A stretch of DNA of 64,000 bases from assembly GCF_006345805.1 (NCBI RefSeq), contig NC_043026.1, positions 7,936,001-8,000,000 of the forward strand. Reading direction: 5' to 3'. A model generated the notes under the pieces. The model did no database searches, was not told the DNA's origin, and saw only the letters and a list, made by a program, of their open reading frames with translations. Below, in pieces: positions 20,988 to 31,000 of this stretch. This DNA comes from Octopus sinensis (taxonomy: Eukaryota). Each line of letters begins with the position of its first letter. The first letter of the stretch is position 1. Position numbers and translations under genes: made by a program.

Positions 20988-23921
20988 CGTTGGTTTCTGA
21001 TAGATATCGGTTTCAATTTAGTAGTTGACTTTTTAAAACTAAGATATCATGGAACGGGGGTAGTTCTTTGCTGTACTCCATTGTCACCTAAATATTCGGA
21101 TTTATACTATTTAATAACGATTTAAATTCGTAAAGTTTATCAATGGTCTCATTCCAGATGACAAAGCAGCCATCCAGATATATTTTCCAGTTCTCTCTTA
21201 TACAGGGTACAGTATTGAATATGCCAGTGATTAATGCAGTAAGGCTGAGGCTGCCAGCCAGTGCTTGAGCTATTATATGCCTCGGTCGTGCAGGAACAAA
21301 AGTGTGGCATGCTGGCGCGTTGTAACGGACAAACAACTTTCTCTATGTATGCGTGACCGACCTAGGGTCTTACAATGATATCCATTTTTTGCAGTGATAA
21401 TTCAGATATGGTTAATTCTAAATATCCCTTTATCAATTTCGCAAGAACCGGGGTTGCTTTTATTCCCATCACATTGCCACATTTTTGTCTGTAGGGGGTG
21501 TTATCACATAAAAAGTAATTGTTCTGGAGGATAAATTTTGAAGTTTCAATAATAAAATTCTGGTTCGTGCATCCCTGGAAGTTCTTTGGAATAATTTCCC
21601 AGCCAGAATTTTTCTGGCTTCTTTTGCATAATTGTGTGGGATGTTGGTGTATAGATTTACAACATCCGAAAGAAACCACGATGGTCTCTTCAGTTATTAC
21701 TTTTGGTAGGGGGTTTAGCATATCTAGATAGTCTCCTATGAAGCTTTTGAGATATTTCAAAAGGGCTTTCAGTAGGATGTCTAGAACGTTGTTAAGGCGG
21801 TTGATTTCCGACACTGGGCCAACCATAATGGGTTTTAACTCTAAATATGCTGGAGCTCAGATATTGATGTATATGCCTGGTGATTGTGTTGTAGGCTTTA
21901 TTTATTATCTGCTCTTGTGTAATTTAGGTAAGCTGTAGAAAAGTCAGCGGAGGTAAAGAACACCCGCACCACCCGTTTTCGGCGTAACAAAACCCCTAAC
22001 CCTTAACCCCAAACACCGGACGTGCGTAGTCTTTGCCATCGCAGAAAAAAGCCTGCGCTTACATTTAAAGTAGGTGATATAATCTATTTCTCAGTTAAGC
22101 CTTTTCCTTGAAGATGAATTAAAGATGGAAGATTATTTTTATTTATTATTATTATTATTATATTATTATTATTATTATTATTATTGTTGTTGTTGTTGTT
22201 GTTGTTGTTGTGTGTTTGTAGCATTCAACGTTTTCGTACAAAGTATCGTTTTCAAATATAGGTTTTTGTAGTATTCTGTGTTCACCAGGCAGGACTACAG
22301 CACTTCTTTGTCGGTTTCTTGGATTGCCAGTTCTTTGTCGCTTTGCAATCGAATTATGCCATTCCATGTAGTTGAGGCTTGCGTAAAGTCTTCGAGAAAT
22401 TCAGGAATATGGGCGCATAAATCATGCAGTGTTTGATTCCTAACTTTCGGTGGAAGATAATCGCCTTCGACTTGTGATTCATCCTCGTTGTCATAATCAA
22501 TTTCTTCCGGAAGTCATTGTTTTCTGAAAAATTTCTTAAGATGGCTTCTATACTTTACATTATCGAGCGATTAGTGTTTCAATCTCATTCTGAGATTTAA
22601 TTATGCTTACTGTTCGTTTTTCGACATCAGTGGCAGACGCCATTAGAAAAACTTATATCTATTTGCAAAGGAGCCTTCACTTTCATCGCTACCTGGTGGT
22701 TACCGCCCGTTGACGAGGGACAACAATCCCGAAACTAGTTCAAGCGTATCACTCAGGCTTGCGAGGAAGGGATGGCCTCCCTTTGAAAATACTCCAAAGA
22801 CACAGATATTGTGTTTAGAGCCAGCTAGAGACGAAGATCTCTTGGGGCTATAAAGCTACAGTAACAACCTCCTCCCCAATGTGGTTAGCCATGATAAGAT
22901 GGCTTCTATACTTTACATTCGTAAGATCTGTTGCGGTAAATTTTAATCCTTTTGGAAGTACATTGACTTTTGGTGCAGAGAGAGTTTTCTTTGATAAATT
23001 TATTGCTTTGGGTTTCTTCTCTATGTTTTCTTGCAACGCGTCTCCCTGTTTCTCTGCATTGAGTCTAACAGACGTTTGCTGTGACTACGTCGATAGAAAG
23101 CGCCTCTGTTACCAATTATATTTCAATTGTTAAGAGACTGCTTTGCTTTCTCAGTAAATTGCTAAGAATTACGTGGTCTGACTTTCTTCGTTGACAGTTA
23201 AATGTAGTCCACCGGTCGTTTCTAATTGCTGCAGAAAAATTAGTTCATCTGATTCTGGGGTGGATTTTTTCTAGTATTTCATATTTTTAAGGTGTGTCTG
23301 TTCCTAGTTCGAAAACGGTTGTATTTTTTTTAGACGGTGATAGTTTGATCTAGTTGCTTGTTTATCAATTTCTGTATATGTTTCCATACAGGATTTTTTT
23401 CAGGAAGGCCTTATTTCAACTGTACTCTTCTCTGAACTGAGTTTCATAATTAAATTTAAAAAATTAGTCACCGTTGAAGGGAATTTTCCTAGTTTGAGAA
23501 CATTTGTCCTCCACCCGAAGTGCAATTACCTCCCCTGTCCCGAATAATAAAACTTTTACCAATTACCTCCCTTACATCTGTCCCACATTCTGATTCCTTT
23601 CCAAACTCTCAGACAAACATCGTGGACTAAAAGCTTCGTAAGAAAATACAAAACTGCAATATTTTCACCAATTTCTGTGTCATGATTAACAAAAGTTAAA
23701 GGCATGGATCTGTGTAGTATTAGTATTTCGGTCGATAACCGATGAAGAATTACGATCCTTCCGTCTGTCCTACCTGTACGATTTTAAGTACTTACGTAAT
23801 GCCTTCTTCATATGTGTGTGTGTGTGGTGTATCTATAATACGTTAAAAGTCAGTTTCAATTTTGCTTGCTTTACAATCATACTCAGGCAAACTGGCGCAT
23901 AATGGGGAAATACTATGAATT

Positions 23922-24184
23922 AAACAATTGCAGCGTGGAAGGTGTTTGTAAGCCATTTAAGAAACACACAAAAGCCGTTCGATTCACTTCAACATTTCAG
24001 TTTAATTTGTCAAAATATTTTCGTCGCTAAAATCCGCGACCTGTTCACTGACAAAAATCCGATGCAGCACGGATTTTAGCGACGAATATATTTTGACAAA
24101 TTAAACTTAACTATTGAAGTGAATCGAACGGCTTTTGTGTGTTTCTTAAATGGCTTACAAACACCTTCCACGCTGCAATTGTTT
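23922..24184. repeat. Foldback/MITE-like palindrome, arms about 115 bp, 33-nt loop
   Basis: AAACAATTGCAGCGTGGAAGG...AAAATCCG (to 24036) is the reverse complement of CGGATTTT...CCTTCCACGCTGCAATTGTTT (from 24070). Confidence 0.9.
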
Positions 24185-24324
24185 TCGTTCCAGCACACGA
24201 TCTCGGTTCAAGTCACTTGCTATGCGAGTACATCTCCGTAACTATGAATTAAGTTCACTCTGAAATATTAATAGGAACGGATTGAAACAAGTTTCGCGTA
24301 AATTGGAGGTCTTGTAGGTTGTGG

Positions 24325-24798
24325 GCTCATTTGAAGGAGAGGAGGGGTCGGTTAGGGAAGAGGTGTGAAGTGGACGGGTCGGACTGGAGATGCCGGAAAG
24401 CTCGAAGAATGGTGCGTTGGAGAGGTAAGATGGTGGGGTGGTAGGTGAGGGGAAAAGGGAGGCGGGAGACAGCAGGGGTGTGTTCGGGGGGAGAGAGCAG
24501 ATGTACGGTCCACGGAAGGTGCTCTGGCAAGGGCGGTGTGGATGGTGGTGAGGGGATATCCACGTAGGATGAAGTGGAGAGCCATGAGTTGAGACTGAGT
24601 CTCAAAGTCATGGTCGTCACTACAGAGCCTGCGTAGACGGAGGAATTGGGAATAAGGGATGGAAAGCTTGGTGTGTTTGGGGTGGGAGGAGGAGAAGTTT
24701 AGGTATGAGTGTGTGTCTGTGTGTTTGTAGTGAATGGAGGTGGTAAGAGTGGAGTGATGAATGCTGACCGAAATGTCAAGAAAGGAGACAGAGGTGTC
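24325..24798 (-). mobile_element. Penelope-like element RT thumb/C-terminal fragment
   Basis: Minus strand reads SVSFLDISV...YLNFSSSHPKHTKLSIPYSQFLRLRRLCS...RGYP...PFPLTYHP. Confidence 0.85.
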
Positions 24799-25037
24799 TG
24801 TTGTGTCTGGGGAGAGTCATTTTCTTTTTGTGCCTTATATTTTAACACATTCACCAGTAAAATTTCCACTTATTTCTTATTTTTTATTTCCCTAAAATTC
24901 TCATTCCGTCTTGCAACCTTTTCAATAGTCTTGACTCTATTTAGAAAAATATAAAATAAGAAACAAGTGGAAATTTTACCGGTGAGTGTGTTAAATTATA
25001 AGGCACAAAAAGAAAATTACTCTCCCCAGACACAACA
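24799..25037. repeat. Foldback/MITE-like inverted repeat, arms about 85 bp
   Basis: TGTTGTGTCTGGGGAGAG...TTCTTATTTT mirrored by AAAATAAGAA...CTCTCCCCAGACACAACA. Confidence 0.85.
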
Positions 25038-25139
25038 AAATATGCTTCAACACACGAACTCACATAAAGAATCTTGCAAACCAAATCCCAAAATAAAACA
25101 TTTCTATGTATATATATATATATGTACATATATATATAT

Positions 25140-25198
<59 letters not shown>

Positions 25199-25280
25199 CC
25201 ATGCATACATATGAGAAAAGAATGCCGCACTTTCACACATACTCTCACATATACACTCATATATATATATATATATATAT

Positions 25281-25692
25281 ACTCTTTTACTCATTTACTT
25301 GTTTCAGTCATTTGACTGCGGCCATGCTGGAGCACCACCTTTAATCGAGCAAATCGACCCCGGGACTTATTCTTTGTAAGCCCAGTACTTATTCTATCGG
25401 TCTCTTTTGCCGAACCGCTAAGTGACGGGGACGTAAACACACCAGCATCGGTTGTCAAGCAATGCTAGGGGGACAAACACAGACACACAAACATATACAC
25501 ACACACACATATATATATATATATACATATATACGACAGGCTTCTTTCAGTTTCCGTCTACCAAATCCACTCACAAGGCATTGGTCGGCCCGGGGCTATA
25601 GTAGAAGACACTTGCCCAAGATGCCACGCAGTAGGACTGAACCCGGAACCATGTGGTTGGTTAGCAAGCTAATTACCACACAGCCACTCCTG
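25281..25692 (-). mobile_element. Full-length tRNA-derived SINE (family B) with an internal microsatellite
   Basis: tRNA-like head, CORE-like CTTGGGCAAG segment, (TA/TG)n middle and GCTCCAGCATGGCCGC tail; copies at 40970-41305, 43431-43820 and 59770-60115. Confidence 0.9.
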
Positions 25693-25696
25693 TGCC

Positions 25697-25729
<33 letters not shown>

Positions 25730-26199
25730 GCAAACATCTTTTATGCTTTCATGTATCGCTTATGTTTCTGTATATTTATCCCACCCATGCCAGCATGGAG
25801 AAACCAACATCAAACGATGATGATGATGATGATGTGTGTGTATAATTTGGAATATTGCTTTTCTAAATCTCTCAGAGAGACTTATACAGTAGCAGCACGA
25901 TAAAGTGATGGTTTGTTGCCAACTTAATGTGGAAGTCCCATGAAAGGGAAGAATGCTACTGTTATTTAGCCCCAGGAAACATTGTTTCCAGTTGGCTATG
26001 TGACACAAGCTTTCTGTGTCCTTAAACAGGAGATAAGCACTTCCACCCGGCAAAGCCAGCATCCAGAGACTAGTTTCATAGTTATTGCACTTCATCAGTC
26101 TGGTGTAGCTTGGCTTGCTAGCTGAATTCTTTATTACGATAATATATATCGAATACAGAAGGGACATTAACAGGACAATACAAACAAAAAAATGTTATT

Positions 26200-26985
26200 A
26201 TGAGTTCAAATGAACCTTACTTTTAAAAATTGGATATATACACATACAATATATGTTGACCTTTTTTATCAAAGAGGGGGTACACCCAGCAACCTGAAGG
26301 GCCCAGTGGCAATCCCTTCTTTTTCCAATGTCGATGAAGTCAGGTTACTAGCACCCACCTTTCTCATCACAGCCTTCCATCGTTTATCGAACACACTTCG
26401 CGACAGGATTCTCCTCTTCAGCCCTATCATGCTCTTCAGATGGTATCTGAAGTAAAGTAGCAAACCAGGGCCAGAGATTAAGGATCCCGTCACGAATCCT
26501 TGCATTCTTGTCCTCCATACACACTTTTTCAACACTGCAACTGTACAGAGAAAACATGCCTCACCTGCCTTCGAGAGTCCAGCTGGGGGTACAATCTTTA
26601 TCATAGACTCAGCCGATGGCCGTACTCTCTCCAGATGTGACAACACGTGTTGTACGTAAATTATCAAGCTTCACACCTCCCGATATTGTACAAAATTGTG
26701 CTGCACGGTTTCATCTTCCAGCCCACATCTTGGACATGTCAGTGGCACTGATATTCCGTGCCTGGATAACTTATCGCGAACAGGTAAAGAATTACTGTAA
26801 CACTACCAGGTTTGTGAGTTGGTTCTTGTCAAACCCCAGAGCCCTCCTAAGATGTCATCATTTTTGTACTCTACCAGCCCTCTATAGAACACCAAGGTGG
26901 TATTCCTGCTGCCGGCCTTGTGGATAAGCATGAGTGCCTGTTGGCACTCCTTTTGCCATATAGTCAGACTACATCTTTTAATGAA
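26200..26985 (-). mobile_element. Tx1/L1-clade LINE 3' fragment with a CCHC (zf-RVT-like) knuckle
   Basis: Minus strand LPVRDKLSRHGISVPLTCPRCGLEDETVQH followed by AVLKKCVWRTR; stops and frameshifts present. Confidence 0.7.
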
Positions 26986-28005
26986 ACCGGGTTTAAATTT
27001 CTACATAGAGGCAGGTCACTGGAATAAGAATAGCCTGGGCAAAGTTCAGAGAGCTCTTACCTCTACTGGTGACAAAGGGCCTCTCGCTCAGAGTAAAAGG
27101 TAGACTGTATGATGCATGTGTACGAACAGCCATGCTACATGGCAGTGAAACATGGGCTGTGACTGCTGAGGACATGTGTAAGCTCACAAGGAATGAAACC
27201 AGTATGATCTGATGGATGTGTAATGTCAGTGTGCATACTCGACAGAGTGTAAGTACCTTAAGAGAAAAGCTGGACCTAAGAAGTATCAGTTGTGGTGTGC
27301 AAGAGAGACGTTTGCGCTAGTATGGTCATGTGGCAAGAATGGATGAGGATAGCTGTGTGAAAAAGTTCCACACCCTAGTGGTTGAGGGATCCTGTGGAAG
27401 AGGTAGACCCAGGAAGACCTGGGATGAATTGGTGAAGCATGACCTTCGAACATTAGGCCTCACCGAGGCAATGACTAGTGACCGAGACCTCTGGAAATAT
27501 ACTGTGCTCGAGAAGACCCGGAAAGCCAAGTGAGACCTTAACCTCGAGGCCTATGGCAGGGGTGTAACCAGCCCACTTATGCGTACCTTCATAGGACACT
27601 AAACTTTGCATAGATCTGTTGAGGCAAGTGAAATTGAAATCGATATCAAATTCATTGACTGGCATCCGTGCTAGTAGAGCGCTAAGAGCACCATCCGAGT
27701 GTGATTGTTCCAAGAGCAGCTAACTGGTTTCCGTGATGGTGGCAAGTAAAAATCACCATTAAGCATGATCGTTACCGGCGTTGCCTTACTGGCACATGAT
27801 AAAACATTCGAGCGAGGTTGTTGCCAGTGTCGCTCGACTGGCTCCTGTGAAGGTGGTATGTAAAAAACACCATTTGAGCGTGCCAGTTGCCAGTACTGTT
27901 GCCTGACTGGCCCTCATACCGGTGGCACGTAAAAGCACCGACTACACTCTTGGAGTGTTTGGTGTAAGGAAGGACATCCAGTTGTAGAAACACTGCCAGA
28001 TCTAC
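26986..28005 (+). mobile_element. RTE LINE 3' fragment (ORF end plus 3' UTR)
   Basis: KGLSLRVKGRLYDACVRTAMLHGSETW...RGRPRKTWDELVKHDLRTLGL; the UTR matches the other RTE tails. Confidence 0.9.
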
Positions 28006-28036
<31 letters not shown>

Positions 28037-28098
28037 ATGATAACAATAATAATGATAACAACAACAACATGATTCAAGTTTGATATTTCTGAAAATAT

Positions 28099-31000
28099 TT
28101 ATTTGTCATAATAAAAGAAAGCAAAAGATTGAAGTCCAGGAATAATTCCAAAAACAATGAAAGAATTGTCTGAAATATCAAAACCGAGAACTACGAAGAC
28201 TTCATTATCATCCCATCTGAGGAGTAAATATTTTGGATTATCTTCAGATATCAGGATTTCAATATCTTCAGATGTTTCCTCTTCAATATGTCCAGGTATT
28301 TGGAAAATATTGTTGTCTCTATCTGTTATATAAACACATTCACTAATTTTGGTCAGACGAGGTCTTGGAATATAAAATCCCTTACTAATATATATTCCTT
28401 TTATTCTTATCCTCCTCACCAACAACTTTTCTCTGAACCATTCCACAAAACAGAAATCATCAAGCTCTAATCCATCCTCCCACCTCACAACAACAACATC
28501 ACCAAAAGATGTGACTCCCACACCATCCACCCCTGCATCTCCTTCCAACCTTCCATATCTCCCCATCTTCCCACGACACACTTCATCTTTACATTTCCCA
28601 TCTTTGATATCAACCACATCCACATAATAAGGGTCAAAGATGTCAGGGTCGATGCAATAATAGTAATCCTTGTTGTTGTACCTTCTTCTTTGGTATTTCT
28701 TGTCTCTCTCTTCTTGAGTTATGTCTCTAATATAATGACCACCACACACAAGTTGATTGTCGTTGTATTTATAAATCCTGTTGTAGTATTTCTCAGTACT
28801 GATGGTTTTTAAACGACGGAGATCCCTGTTGAAGACCCTCATTTCTCTCCCAAAGGCGACAATGAAACATTCATCTGTCCACCGACATATGTCCAGTGGT
28901 GGTCGTTGTTGTTGTTCATGTTGAAGTATGTCCACTGTTGTTGTTGTTGTTCTGATTAATGTGACACTTCCTCGAAACATCAACACACTCACATTCTCAT
29001 CTAACTTAATTAGTTTACTGTTCCAATCCCTAATGTCCATAAAATCGTAATTAACAGGTTCCTTAAATGCAGGAATGGAAAAAGGGACCATTGCTGTCCT
29101 ATATGGAAGTCTCCTCACTGATATTTCATCAATTCCTGAATTATTAATCTCTGCTATGTAATTACCACATCTCACCTTTAATCTACCTTTACCAATTATT
29201 TCACCTGATTTACCTCTTCTCCCTCCTTCTCCATCTCTTCCTCTGTATTCCAATTTATTAATTAATTCATTACTGAATATTTCCTTGTTCGTTTCAGATG
29301 TAATGGAAGGGAAACGAAGACCAGAATCAAGATTTAATAACGACACAGATTCCAGAATGTTCACTTGGTCCCCATCAATCTTTATGCAATGATATTCAAT
29401 CAATTCATTATGTACACACCAGTAAATACCCGCCACTTTTCTCCCTATTACACCATAAGGGATGAGACTCGACCAAACTTGAGATGTCTGCAAATCTTCT
29501 CCATTCAGTTGAAATATTTCTTCCCTTTTAGGAACCGTGGCCATTATGTGTGATTCTTGTGTAAAACACACACCACCAACTAAACTTGCAACATTTCTGT
29601 GACATAGCAACTGGCCGTCTTCATCGAATATTTTAACATTTCCATTATTGGCTTTTTCACACACAACTGTCTTTCCTTCCTCAGAGACATCAAAATCTTT
29701 CACTTGAACAGGACATTCGTCTGTTTGTAAACGAGCAACCGGGAAGCTGTCTCGATTCACCATAAACAACCCTTCAACATACAATTCATTCTCTCTTCCC
29801 CATTTCCCAAGGCTTCCAACAAACCTTGGTCCTTTACAGTCTATACTGGAGAAAAGTACTTCATCTTTATAAATTCTTTTATTTAAGAATATTCTGTTGT
29901 ATTCCCCTTTCTGGGTCAAACAGAAAATGTTTTTATATCTATTCATACCTAAATATTTATTCCACCTAATATAAACATACAAATAGCTGTCATCAATTGT
30001 CATTCTGTCATCATCATCAATACCATACCCCATGTAGTGTCTGACTGAATGTAAATATTGACCACCACTGTTGAAGAAAATGATGAATCTTTTGTTGAAG
30101 ACAATGATGACATCTTCAGCAGTAACTTTAATATCCTCAATGTCATTAATATATTTTCTACCATCATCTTTGTCCATAGTTAACAATGGTTCAGGTATGT
30201 CTATTTGTTCTATTTCCTCCACACTCGAATGTATTTCATCAATATCAACAAAATACAAATGACCTCCGTCTCTCAATTTACTACAAACCAGTTGATTATT
30301 TGATAAAGAAGCCACACATTTATAATTACTTCTTGTTTGATAAATTACCAACGACAATGGAAATTCCACTTTTAATGTCAACAGTTGGTATTTATTATCA
30401 TCAAAATAATCCCCAGTCGTAATGACCAGTGTGTTTGACTGCCATCGACACATTTTAATATAATTATAAACATTAAATTTGATAGAATTCAAAAGTTGAC
30501 CATCAAATGTGAATATCTTAATGCTTTCACTCCGCGAGTCCCATCTCGCAATGAGGTTATTTCCAGTAAGAACCAAACGATTAATCCTCAACAGTCCTTC
30601 ATCTCCCAAACTTTGAGGGAGAGGAATATGTCTGGCTTTATCAGAAACTGTCAGGTCCTGTAGATATAAAGTGGAAGACAACATTTCACTGACAGAAATG
30701 TTTCTGGAAAATACATCCACCAGGTCGATATAATAATTAAGTTGATTATTAGTAACGAGATCATTAACCAACAAATTCTGATCGTTTATGGTAAACATAC
30801 GGCTTCTGTCTACCAGATAAACAAACGTTTGGTCAATAGATCCACCTTGGAGACTGAGGGGATGTTTCACTTGGGACATTAAAACACTGGGGACCATCTG
30901 ACGACTGCCATGACCACCACCACCTATTCTAGTGTTGTACTGAAAAGCTTTTCCCCTTGTAACAATTAATAGCTTTTCTGTTTTCTTGTCTATTGATAAT

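Larger units (their letters stand above)
19880..23480 (-). mobile_element. Highly decayed Penelope-like element, interrupted by the SINE-U6-SINE cassette and other insertions
   Basis: Remnants INLSKKTLS...VLPKGLKF (22848-23036), FILQNNYF...YRQKCGNVMG...P (21362-21826), WKIYLDGCFVIW (near 21170) and LTERHYP (near 20230) are PLE RT motifs. Confidence 0.75.

Noticed and set aside
21985-22012. Interstitial telomere (CCCTAACCCTTAACCCC)
   Set aside because: Only about 2-3 imperfect units; more likely part of a small inserted repeat
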